The notes under the pieces are model-generated. The model ran no database searches. It worked only from the letters and a program-made list of their open reading frames with translations, and was not told where the DNA came from. A stretch of DNA of 17,582 nucleotides from a virus. The translations under genes and the position numbers were made by a program. The stretch is taken from the UHGV virus genome UHGV-0144530. One strand, 5' to 3'. This document shows, piece by piece, positions 1-7,035 of the stretch (position 1 is the first letter of the stretch; each line of letters begins with the position of its first letter).

Positions 1-192
1 TCAGGAGCATTTCTGATTAACGCCACCGTTAAGAATCCACCCTTCAACAGCTTCACGAAGGTATGATTTGGGGTGGGTTCTGACTGGCTTCGGAAATCCG
101 TGCCGTTTGGTATAGTTCCAGATTGTCTGACGTGATGAAACACCGAGCTTGTTCATCACTTCTTTCTCAGGAATCAGGCTGGTATCGGTCAT
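1..192 (-). CDS. xis: excisionase-like small DNA-binding protein (Xis/AlpA type)
   Basis: 63 aa ORF with stop at 1-3 and ATG at 192; RBS GGAGA 6 nt upstream; segment RQTIWNYTKRHGFPKPV resembles the lambda Xis / AlpA winged-helix region; sits at the distal end of the leftward operon where xis-int normally lie. Confidence 0.5.
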   Translation of the reverse strand: MTDTSLIPEKEVMNKLGVSSRQTIWNYTKRHGFPKPVRTHPKSYLREAVEGWILNGGVNQKCS

Positions 193-206
193 CTTAACTC
201 TCCAGG

Positions 207-232
207 CAAAAATAAACCGCCATATAGCGGCT
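207..232 (-). terminator. weak intrinsic terminator on minus strand
   Basis: minus-strand hairpin CCGC-tatatg-GCGG followed by a U-rich run TTTATTTTT; lies between the 114 aa ORF and xis. Confidence 0.35.
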
Positions 233-271
233 CTATCAGATATGAACAGGCCTCATCGAGTGTGAGGCGGG

Positions 272-616
272 TTAGTCCTTGCGTAGCTCGCTGATTCTTC
301 TGTAAGTCTCTGGTGCTTTGTTCCCGTACGTCTTCATTTCAGACTTCAACAGCGCGACGAGTGAATCCCATTCGTTGAGGATTCCTTTGAATGCCGGAAC
401 GCGCTTTGCAACCTTGTCGAATGAATCTCTGATTTCTGGAATCTGCTCAACAAGTGCAACGCATCGCCGAAAGTCTGCTGCGTCATGGGGAGCGCCGAAG
501 TGATGACCATAGATATTCTTTTTCAGGCCACATGCGATTGAGGCAAGAGTTGCGCTACTGATGCCGACATCGCCAGTTGATTGCCATTTCAAAACCTTCA
601 TAGCCAAATCTGACAT
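272..616 (-). CDS. hypothetical protein (114 aa)
   Basis: ORF-track frame 272..643 trimmed to the ATG at 616, which has RBS GGAGA 7 nt upstream; no motif recognised. Confidence 0.5.
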   Translation of the reverse strand: MSDLAMKVLKWQSTGDVGISSATLASIACGLKKNIYGHHFGAPHDAADFRRCVALVEQIPEIRDSFDKVAKRVPAFKGILNEWDSLVALLKSEMKTYGNKAPETYRRISELRKD

Positions 617-628
617 TTCTTGTCTCCA

Positions 629-652
629 ATAAAAAACCGCCATCAGGCGGCT
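629..652 (-). terminator. intrinsic terminator on minus strand
   Basis: minus-strand hairpin GCCGCC-tgat-GGCGGT followed by TTTTTTATT; downstream of the zinc-ribbon ORF. Confidence 0.5.
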
Positions 653-716
653 TGGTGTTCTTTCAGTTCTTCAATTCGAATATTGGTTACATTGTTTTCA
701 TATATGAATAAATAAA

Positions 717-896
717 TTAGCTTTTTTCGTTGCCTTCGCGTTCTTTATTAATTTTGACAAACTCGTTTTTACCACGCTCTCCAAATGCGTCTTTAGAGTC
801 GTTGTATCCGCAATCGCAGCACACATAATCATCAGACCATCCACGCATTGTTTTTTCTTTTGCAATATTTCCAGAACCGCATTTTGGACAAGACAT
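717..896 (-). CDS. small zinc-ribbon protein (C4 type, 59 aa)
   Basis: MSCPKCGSGN...YVCCDCGY gives CxxC-(17)-CxDC; strong RBS GGAGG 7 nt upstream of the ATG at 896; the alternative frame 698..937 is rejected. Confidence 0.55.
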   Translation of the reverse strand: MSCPKCGSGNIAKEKTMRGWSDDYVCCDCGYNDSKDAFGERGKNEFVKINKEREGNEKS

Positions 897-992
897 ATCA
901 CTACCTCCAAAGCATGAGAGAGATGACAACGTAACATTGATTGGAGATTAACAATAGATTGCTGATGTAAAAGATATGTATAAGCTTAGCTA

Positions 993-1631
993 TCAAAGAG
1001 GAGGTTCTGGTAGCGGCATCCAGTGGGTTACTTTCGATGCCGGTTCTTCCCCATCGTCAGTAACTGCCCACCATTTGTTTCTCGACCAATCGTAATACCC
1101 TTCGAAGGTATTGCACTCAGTCCAGCCGTAAGACTTACCCCAACACCAAACATACTGTTTATCGTTCGGCATTCGCTCACTACAGCTTATCCAACCATCC
1201 GGAGTTACCGGAGAGTTGCACGATAGCTGGTTCAACTTGTAAGTTTTGCTTACAGGTTCGGCACCATGAAGCATAGCGGCACGACAGGAGTTCCAGCCTC
1301 TCACCTCTGCAATAGCGGCAACAGCATCGACCGCGTACATTTTAAGATGGTTAGGCATTGGTTTTTCTTCAGGTACTACTGGCACTGGAGGGGCGGCATA
1401 AACAGGAATAACGTCCGATTGCTCTTTATTGCTTTCATCCGTTAAAGCCCAGAATAATTTTCCGGCCGGATGTTTGAAAATATAAGCAACTGGCTCTGCT
1501 TCCAGTGATGCCAGCGCAATCCGCGCCAGTTCTTCCGCTTCTTCTGCTGGCAGTACAACGTTGCTATCAGGTCCGTATGTTTCGCGCCACTGCTTGATTG
1601 TCAGTAGTCGCTCTTTGGTAATAGTGATCAT
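993..1631 (-). CDS. DUF551-like phage protein
   Basis: 212 aa; Trp-rich C-terminal region (DGWISCSERMPNDKQYVWCW ... THWMPLPEPP) typical of the DUF551 family common in enterobacterial prophage early regions; start overlaps the upstream stop (ATGA). Confidence 0.55.
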   Translation of the reverse strand: MITITKERLLTIKQWRETYGPDSNVVLPAEEAEELARIALASLEAEPVAYIFKHPAGKLFWALTDESNKEQSDVIPVYAAPPVPVVPEEKPMPNHLKMYAVDAVAAIAEVRGWNSCRAAMLHGAEPVSKTYKLNQLSCNSPVTPDGWISCSERMPNDKQYVWCWGKSYGWTECNTFEGYYDWSRNKWWAVTDDGEEPASKVTHWMPLPEPPL

Positions 1632-2143
1632 GCCGCGTTTCCTTCTTTCTTATTAACAATTACACCGTCATATATTTCATTAAGGTGCCCTCTCAACTCC
1701 ATGCGCCTTAATGCAGATAACATGTAATCGCATTCAACCTGCTTATTTCCAGTAAATGGCTTATCGTCAGGATTACCCCAACAGCAATTACCCTTGGGCC
1801 ACCCATGTACTTTCCGTACTCTTCCGTTAACAACGTGAAGTAATCCCCAGCCAGGTGGTAAATCCTCAATTGAAATAATTCCCGGCTCACTAATAAAGAA
1901 TCGCCAGTCGCCCATTCCAAGAGACGGATTTTTACGAAAACGCTTTTTTCTATCTGCCAACAAGTCAGCACGAGAACACTTCGCCTCTATCAGGCATGAT
2001 GCTGAATTTCTGAATCCCATAGCATCTGGCTGTTCTCCGGTACTGGTTACAGCTATAAAGCGGTCATGAAAACAAACCTTGAACCCGTTGCGCTTAAGGA
2101 ACTTGTACGCAATCTGACAGAGTTCGCGGTGTGTTAGCGCCAT
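1628..2143 (-). CDS. putative PD-(D/E)XK-fold nuclease-like protein (171 aa)
   Basis: start moved to the ATG at 2143 with RBS AAGGAGAG; motif GEQPDAMGF...(12)...LIEAKCS fits a PD-x(n)-ExK nuclease signature; fold assignment is inference. Confidence 0.4.
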   Translation of the reverse strand: MALTHRELCQIAYKFLKRNGFKVCFHDRFIAVTSTGEQPDAMGFRNSASCLIEAKCSRADLLADRKKRFRKNPSLGMGDWRFFISEPGIISIEDLPPGWGLLHVVNGRVRKVHGWPKGNCCWGNPDDKPFTGNKQVECDYMLSALRRMELRGHLNEIYDGVIVNKKEGNAA

Positions 2144-2144
2144 A

Positions 2145-2930
2145 TCACTCTCCTTTGATGCGAATGCCAGTAGCGCGGATTGCATCGATGACTTCAGAAA
2201 CTTTGTATGCCATTACCGTTTGGTAATCATCGTGAAAATCTGTTCGATGAAGCATGCTGCTACGTTCCGGGAGCGTTATTTCCCGAGCATCCAGTTCCTT
2301 AACGCGTTCCTCCAGTTCGTAGACCCTGCATTGTTCTCTATCATCAATCAGATATAACCCAAGACATTCGCTTTCTACCCAACCGCCAAAATCATGATCG
2401 TAACGCTCACATGAAAACTCACCGTCACCGTCCTTTGTTGGAATGGTGTAACTGTCTAATGGGCCACCGTACGTCGGCACATTTCCTAATGTCGGATGCT
2501 CAATCCACATAAAAAATGCACGTCCGGTTATTGGGCAAATATCTGGCCGCCATTGGTTACGAACAGCGTTGGTTTCTGATAATTCTTCAGCGTGTTGTTT
2601 TACTTCCTCAAGCTCAACACGCAGCTTCCCTACCGTTAGCGCAATATCCTCGTTCTCCTGATCGCGGCTTTTGATGTATTGCAGGTTTCTTTCCCGTTCA
2701 TCCAGCAACGCCTGCACTACTTCAGGGTTGAAAGCTGCGATATAACGCGCGTTATTCTCTGCGTTTTCCTGTCCATCAAAGCCGGTCCATTTGATAACGT
2801 CTTCACATCGTTTATCACCGGGTGTATGCACCGCATATGTACCAGTACCCGACGAAATAAATGCGACCCATTCGCCCTGCGTGGCCTGTTTTGCTATCTC
2901 ACGCAGTGCCTGATAGTCAATCTTGCTCAC
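2145..2930 (-). CDS. Ea22-like early accessory protein (tentative)
   Basis: 261 aa; GTG start at 2930 preceded by RBS AAGGAGG; conserved-looking N-terminus [21 protein letters not shown], central coiled-coil and Cys-rich C-terminus, in the ea22 position between the recombination module and xis. Confidence 0.35.
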   Translation of the reverse strand: MSKIDYQALREIAKQATQGEWVAFISSGTGTYAVHTPGDKRCEDVIKWTGFDGQENAENNARYIAAFNPEVVQALLDERERNLQYIKSRDQENEDIALTVGKLRVELEEVKQHAEELSETNAVRNQWRPDICPITGRAFFMWIEHPTLGNVPTYGGPLDSYTIPTKDGDGEFSCERYDHDFGGWVESECLGLYLIDDREQCRVYELEERVKELDAREITLPERSSMLHRTDFHDDYQTVMAYKVSEVIDAIRATGIRIKGE

Positions 2931-3529
2931 TGGTTGCCTCCTTTTCGAAGCTGGGCGGCGATATCTTCGAGAACGCCATCAGAGAATGAGCGGTCAAAAT
3001 CGCCTTCCGGCGCATTAGCCATAAACTCAGTAGAGGTAAGAATCATCCGGGCAATATCCGCGGCGTTCTTCGCAGTATCATCAATAAAACCAGCTTCCCA
3101 GGCAGCCAGCATTCTGTTCGCCACAAAGTAAGCGCCCTCCTTGCGTGCTTCAGTCTTCACTTCAGCCAGGAAAGCATCGGTGGCTGGTGTTTGCGGCATC
3201 CCTCCATCTGTTGCGCAGATATACGCATCAGATATTTCATCCTGCTCGCCATCAAACACGTAGCAACTCTGTGCGATAAATTTATTCAGCCCAGCATTCT
3301 CCGCTGCCAGTGCTGAAAACTTCTCGTGTGCCAACTTAACAGCAGAATCAGCCTGCTTAATTGACTCAATCGCTTTCTGTTGGTCTTCGGACAGAGCTGA
3401 AATCTTGGCCTCCGCTTCAGTAAATTTGCGTACCAGATATTCAGCATTTGTTTCGTTAACCTTTAAATCACATGGGATGCATTTACCTTTCAGAAAACCA
3501 TCCATCTCAATTAGTGACATTTGTTTCAT
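2927..3529 (-). CDS. hypothetical protein (200 aa), coiled-coil rich
   Basis: ATG at 3529 overlaps the stop of the upstream ORF (ATGA coupling); no recognised motif. Confidence 0.45.
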   Translation of the reverse strand: MKQMSLIEMDGFLKGKCIPCDLKVNETNAEYLVRKFTEAEAKISALSEDQQKAIESIKQADSAVKLAHEKFSALAAENAGLNKFIAQSCYVFDGEQDEISDAYICATDGGMPQTPATDAFLAEVKTEARKEGAYFVANRMLAAWEAGFIDDTAKNAADIARMILTSTEFMANAPEGDFDRSFSDGVLEDIAAQLRKGGNQ

Positions 3530-3690
3530 TTCTTCCCACTCCGCCACATCGCATTCAGATATTTGTTTTGATTCACTGATGGAAAAGAATTTCTCTTAAG
3601 AAATTCCTCTCTCGATGGCATTGGCTTTACGCGTTGGCGAATAATCATTTCTGCCGGAAGAATGCCGGGATTGTATGCAAGTCCTCTCAT
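3526..3690 (-). CDS. hypothetical small protein (54 aa)
   Basis: ATG at 3690 preceded by GAGGAA; translationally coupled to neighbours. Confidence 0.35.
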   Translation of the reverse strand: MRGLAYNPGILPAEMIIRQRVKPMPSREEFLKRNSFPSVNQNKYLNAMWRSGKK

Positions 3691-3700
3691 GGTAAATTCC

Positions 3701-3997
3701 TCAGTCATTACTGATAGCGCCATAGCGTGAGCGGTAATTACGCAGGCGCGGGTCGATATATTCAGGGAATTTGTCTATTGTCGCTTTTCGCAACGGTCTC
3801 ATTGCTGTTTCGTTTGTTCGGTCCTTCTCCTGTTTTAGCGCGAGTTGTATATCGCGTCGGTACATCCGTTCTGCTTTTGTTTCTGGTGTCAGAGCAAGAA
3901 ACGCGTCGAAATTGTTTTTGATATTTTCCAGCACCTCCGCCTTGGAGCTACCGGAGCAATTGCGCGGGTCATCCGCACCATACAGAGGCGCTGGCAT
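3701..3997 (-). CDS. hypothetical protein (98 aa)
   Basis: ORF-track ORF in the leftward operon; weak RBS. Confidence 0.4.
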   Translation of the reverse strand: MPAPLYGADDPRNCSGSSKAEVLENIKNNFDAFLALTPETKAERMYRRDIQLALKQEKDRTNETAMRPLRKATIDKFPEYIDPRLRNYRSRYGAISND

Positions 3998-4020
3998 AAT
4001 GGGAGCCTTATTTTCAATAA

Positions 4021-4608
4021 TCAGAAAGGAGGGTAATCGTTCTGGCTGTAACCATAATCATCTGCATGATTCTGGCTTACGTTTTTAGAGCGATTGTCTT
4101 TATCTTTGAGGCTGGCAACCATGTTGGCGATAGTTTCTGGTTGCTTGCCTTCCGCCTTTTCTTTAAGGGTTTGACCTGTTTGTGCAATAAACGGGATGCG
4201 TATTTCCATCTGGTAGCTGTCTGCGCCAGTCTTTTTGTTTGTGGTTAATACTTTCTGGAGCACTAACCCGATTTTCTTTCCATGAAACTCAGGAGCAACA
4301 AATTTACTGGCGGAAACCATATGTTGCGTTAATTGTCCAATCCCGGCACACCCCATCATGGCGTGAACGACATTTGCGCCAAATTTGTTTTCCGTTCCGT
4401 CATTTTTCTGAACACAGACGCTAAGATATTGGATTTTACGTCCGTCGTCGGATTCTCCAGAAAACTCAATAAATTTGGCTCCTTTTTCTGATTGCTTTAG
4501 TTCTGCTTCAGTAATGGTAATGATATGGGCGCCAGTTTCGTTAATAAAACCACCTTGCCCTGCGGTCAGTGCTGCTTCTTCGTTATAAGTAAAAATCACG
4601 TTGCTCAT
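4021..4608 (-). CDS. putative ssDNA-binding / recombination accessory protein with SSB-like acidic C-terminal tip
   Basis: 195 aa; C-terminus ...DDYGYSQNDYPPF resembles the conserved SSB tail (D-D-D-I-P-F); translationally coupled (ATGA) to the upstream AAA ATPase, as in Sak4-SSB modules. Confidence 0.4.
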   Translation of the reverse strand: MSNVIFTYNEEAALTAGQGGFINETGAHIITITEAELKQSEKGAKFIEFSGESDDGRKIQYLSVCVQKNDGTENKFGANVVHAMMGCAGIGQLTQHMVSASKFVAPEFHGKKIGLVLQKVLTTNKKTGADSYQMEIRIPFIAQTGQTLKEKAEGKQPETIANMVASLKDKDNRSKNVSQNHADDYGYSQNDYPPF

Positions 4609-5285
4609 GCGGCGTTTTCCTTAATTTGATGAACATTATTGATGCCGTAGTAATCACAAACAGTGGCATCGACGAAAGAGAGATCGTTATCAATCTCATT
4701 GGAATCAAACATTCCCATTGGGGATTTGACAGTGTCTGCACCGTTGTTTTTCGTGGTGAAAAAGAACTGGTCATCGCGGGTAAGAGTGCGAAGAACTATA
4801 GTAAACATGCCTTCGACAGTGATTTTCTCGTCCAGCATTTTGCCGATAGTTTTCATTTTCACGCGCCCCATAGGGGTTTCTTCGGTATGTGCAAGAAAAT
4901 AGACTCTCAGGTCATCAGGTGCATCCTGTGCAGCCTTAATCACCTCCCATGCGTGGCGGCCTATCTCAGTAAATTTATCAAACGATTTTTCTTCTGAGCG
5001 GCGCATAAACTCATTGCTCATCACATACTGGAAGTCATCAACAATAACGATTCTTTTTCCGTATTCGTGAGCACGCTTAATTGCAGCAACTATTACGTCC
5101 CATTTGTCAGTGGTAACTACGGTTCCTTTTTTTGCTCTGGCATCCCATGCAAGCCAGTCTTTTGATTTAAATGGTAGCGGCTTGCCTATTGGTTTTATAA
5201 GTATTGCTTCCTCTGGATTGATATTTCTCATGCTGGTTGATTTTCCGGTGCCAGATTCACCGAGTATTAATGTCGCAGTTCCCAT
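4605..5285 (-). CDS. RecA-fold AAA_24-type ATPase (Sak4-like recombination protein)
   Basis: 226 aa; Walker A GESGTGKST near the N-terminus; hydrophobic strand plus acidic residues IVIVDDFQ as Walker B; size and position (where lambda gam/bet/exo sit) match phage Sak4-like ATPases; RBS GAGG. Confidence 0.55.
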   Translation of the reverse strand: MGTATLILGESGTGKSTSMRNINPEEAILIKPIGKPLPFKSKDWLAWDARAKKGTVVTTDKWDVIVAAIKRAHEYGKRIVIVDDFQYVMSNEFMRRSEEKSFDKFTEIGRHAWEVIKAAQDAPDDLRVYFLAHTEETPMGRVKMKTIGKMLDEKITVEGMFTIVLRTLTRDDQFFFTTKNNGADTVKSPMGMFDSNEIDNDLSFVDATVCDYYGINNVHQIKENAA

Positions 5286-5293
5286 AATTTGCC

Positions 5294-5482
5294 TCAGAAT
5301 GGTAATTCGGATGGGCAGGAAAGAAATTCGCGCTCATTCATGCGCTCTCTTTGCGCCTGCCATAAACAAAGTTGTTTCTTTGATTTATCTCCCGCTTTAC
5401 GCCAGTAACGAGCCTCAGCAATGTGATACTCTCTTTTTAATCGACTTAACTCTGGAGTTTTCGCCAGTTCTACCGGAATCAT
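5294..5482 (-). CDS. hypothetical small protein (62 aa)
   Basis: ATG at 5482 preceded by GGAGG; overlaps the kil stop. Confidence 0.4.
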   Translation of the reverse strand: MIPVELAKTPELSRLKREYHIAEARYWRKAGDKSKKQLCLWQAQRERMNEREFLSCPSELPF

Positions 5483-5592
5483 TTTGACCTCCATTTTCTG
5501 TAGGCTTCTACGGCTTCACGAAACATCTTTTCATCGCCAATAAAAGTGGCGATAGTGAATTTAGTCTGGATAGCCATAAGTGTTTTATCCAT
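5479..5592 (-). CDS. kil: Kil-like host-killing protein (37 aa)
   Basis: MDKTLMAIQTKFTIATFIGDEKMFREAV...; start ATGGATAAA overlaps the 3' end of cIII as lambda kil does; identity recalled from memory, not searched. Confidence 0.5.
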   Translation of the reverse strand: MDKTLMAIQTKFTIATFIGDEKMFREAVEAYRKWRSK

Positions 5593-5725
5593 TTTTGGGA
5601 ACTCCTGGCTGATTAAGTATGTCGATAAGGCGTTTCCATCCATCACGTAATTTACGTGTGATTCGTTCAAGTAAAGATTCGGAAGGGCAGCCAGCAACAG
5701 GCCACCCTGCAATGGCATATTGCAT
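5585..5725 (-). CDS. cIII: CIII, inhibitor of FtsH-mediated CII degradation
   Basis: MQYAIAGWPVAGCPSESLLERITRKLRDGWKRLIDILNQPGVPKNG matches lambda CIII almost residue for residue; RBS AAGGAG; ORF-track frame 5585..5827 trimmed to the ATG at 5725. Confidence 0.8.
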   Translation of the reverse strand: MQYAIAGWPVAGCPSESLLERITRKLRDGWKRLIDILNQPGVPKNG

Positions 5726-5782
5726 GGTGTGCTCCTTATTTATACATAACGAAAAACGCCTCGAGTGAAGCGTTATTGGTAT

Positions 5783-5811
5783 GCATATAAAAAGGCCCTC
5801 ACACTGGAGGG
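5783..5811 (-). terminator. intrinsic terminator-like hairpin on minus strand
   Basis: minus-strand CCCTCC-agtgtg-AGGG followed by CCTTTTTATAT; upstream of cIII. Confidence 0.4.
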
Positions 5812-5874
5812 CAAAGAAGATTTCCAATAATCAGAACAAGTCGGCTCCTGTTTAGTTACGAGCGACATTGCTCC

Positions 5875-5902
5875 GTGTATTCACTCGTTGGAATGAATAC
5901 AC
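5875..5902. repeat. perfect 9 bp inverted repeat with 10 nt spacer
   Basis: GTGTATTCA-ctcgttggaa-TGAATACAC; in the untranslated stretch between the orf66 terminator and cIII. Confidence 0.6.
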
Positions 5903-5930
5903 AGTGCAGTGTTTATTCTGTTGTTTATGC

Positions 5931-5960
5931 CAAAAATAAAGGCCACCATCAGGCAGCCTT
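5931..5960 (-). terminator. intrinsic terminator on minus strand
   Basis: minus-strand AGGCTGCC-tgat-GGTGGCCT (8 bp stem with 2 G-U pairs) followed by TTATTTTTGG; the orf66 stop codon lies in the loop. Confidence 0.55.
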
Positions 5961-6149
5961 GTTATTCTGTTTACCAAGTTCTCTGGCAATCATTGCCGTC
6001 GTTCGTATTGCCCATTTATCGACATATTTCCCATCTTCCATTACAGGAAACATTTCTTCAGGCTTAACCATGCATTCCGATTGCAGCTTGCATCCATTGC
6101 ATCGTTTGAATTGCCCACACCATTGATTTTTATCAATAGTCGTAGTCAT
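5949..6149 (-). CDS. hypothetical Cys-rich small protein (66 aa)
   Basis: MTTTIDKNQWCGQFKRCNGCKLQSEC... with four Cys in the first 27 residues; ORF-track ORF. Confidence 0.45.
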   Translation of the reverse strand: MTTTIDKNQWCGQFKRCNGCKLQSECMVKPEEMFPVMEDGKYVDKWAIRTTAMIARELGKQNNKAA

Positions 6150-6219
6150 AAGGATAGTCCTGGTATTGTTCCATCACATCCTGAGGATGCTCTTCGAACT
6201 CTTCAAATTCTTCTTCCAT
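6133..6219 (-). CDS. candidate very acidic micro-protein (28 aa)
   Basis: MEEEFEEFEEHPQDVMEQYQDYPYDYDY; RBS GAGGTG 4 nt upstream of the ATG at 6219; 3' end overlaps the start of orf66; below the ORF-track size cut-off. Confidence 0.3.
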   Translation of the reverse strand: MEEEFEEFEEHPQDVMEQYQDYPYDYDY

Positions 6220-6227
6220 ATATCACC

Positions 6228-6338
6228 TCAAATAAGTGGTTTGCTGCCTAATTTCATTTTCTGGCGACCAACACAAGTCACACCCATTTCACTGCGTGGC
6301 TTGCGGTAGTAAAGATTGTGCCTGTCTTTTAACCACAT
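6228..6338 (-). pseudogene. fossil 3' end of a lambda-type N gene
   Basis: open frame ending ...NLYYRKPRSEMGVTCVGRQKMKLGSKPLI-stop aligns with the lambda N C-terminus ...RTWYSKPGERGITCSGRQKIKGKSIPLI; the frame is open back to about 6392 but has no N-terminal half, ARM or convincing start. Confidence 0.6.
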
Positions 6339-6400
6339 CAGGCTCGGTGGTTCTCGTGTACCCCTACAGCGAGAAAAATAGTAAAATCCTCTTCACCCCC

Positions 6401-6763
6401 TTACTTTGTCAGGGGGATATCTCCTTCAGTTCTGACCATTCGCCTTAATACTTTCCTTAAGTCGATGTAAAGTTGAATGTCTCCATTTGCTGCGGCATCA
6501 GCCATTTTTTGCCTGACAAGCAGTAATGTTTCATACGGCTCAATAAGAATATCGTCATGAGTAATTAGGTGAAGCGTTGCCGCATCAACTATTCCTAGAG
6601 CTGCGCCAAGTATCAAAAATTCCCTGCTATTTTTGTCGCATGAGGAGATAAGCGTATTTAGCGCATACCTAATATTCTTTATAGCTGTTGTTAATGCTGC
6701 AATTTCTTCTATGGCGTCTTCTTCAATGAGCTTTTTAAGCTCATATTTTTCTTCCTGACCCAT
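6401..6763 (-). CDS. hypothetical protein (120 aa) immediately downstream of N
   Basis: ATG at 6763 with RBS GAGG; the N stop TAA lies inside GAGGTAATTATG; ORF-track frame 6401..6847 trimmed; no recognised motif. Confidence 0.5.
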   Translation of the reverse strand: MGQEEKYELKKLIEEDAIEEIAALTTAIKNIRYALNTLISSCDKNSREFLILGAALGIVDAATLHLITHDDILIEPYETLLLVRQKMADAAANGDIQLYIDLRKVLRRMVRTEGDIPLTK

Positions 6764-6765
6764 AA

Positions 6766-7035
6766 TTACCTCGCCGTCAGTTGTTTTGATTTCCGGTAGC
6801 CTGCCGCGTAAATAGCTACGTTTGGCAGGCAAATACTTCCACTGCATTCATCTGCCTTCTTGCAGCGAAGGCTTCCGAGTGATGCTGCTTTATCTGCTCT
6901 GACGCAACCAGAGAGCTTTAGCGCAATTTTTCGTGCCAATCGCTGTTCTTGCATTGCCTGTTCACGTTGAGCCTGTCTGCGTGCTCTGCGGCGATTTCTG
7001 GCGTTATCATCAGCCAGATAAGTAACGATTATCAT
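6766..7035 (-). CDS. N: N-like transcription antiterminator (89 aa)
   Basis: arginine-rich motif NARNRRRARRQAQREQ near the N-terminus; strong RBS GGAGG 5 nt upstream of the ATG at 7035; lies downstream of nutL; ORF-track 6766..7164 is an unsupported in-frame 5' extension. Confidence 0.6.
   Translation of the reverse strand: MIIVTYLADDNARNRRRARRQAQREQAMQEQRLARKIALKLSGCVRADKAASLGSLRCKKADECSGSICLPNVAIYAAGYRKSKQLTAR

Noticed and set aside
698-937. 79 aa alternative frame overlapping the zinc-ribbon ORF
   Set aside because: The overlapping frame 717..896 has a GGAGG RBS and the four-Cys zinc-ribbon signature; this one has neither.
1708-1971. 87 aa minus-strand ORF nested in the nuclease-like gene
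   Set aside because: Out of frame within a better-supported gene, with no independent start signal.
4583-4774. 63 aa minus-strand ORF overlapping the ATPase/SSB junction
   Set aside because: Out of frame with both coupled genes and lacking an RBS.
318-5487. plus-strand ORFs in the left arm (318..503, 1023..1226, 2679..3131, 3405..3599, 3727..3921, 3771..4088, 3845..4036, 4066..4248, 4239..4424, 4626..4997, 4663..4902, 5104..5487)
   Set aside because: All lie antisense to well-supported, tightly coupled minus-strand genes, lack RBSs and show no recognisable motifs; they are shadow ORFs.
5585-5827. 80 aa extended cIII frame
   Set aside because: The lambda-like CIII sequence begins at the internal Met (5725), which has an AAGGAG RBS; the upstream extension is leader sequence.
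5875-6448. plus-strand ORFs 5875..6126 and 6236..6448
   Set aside because: The first starts with a GTG inside the inverted repeat and runs antisense to orf66; the second is antisense to the N fossil and orf120.
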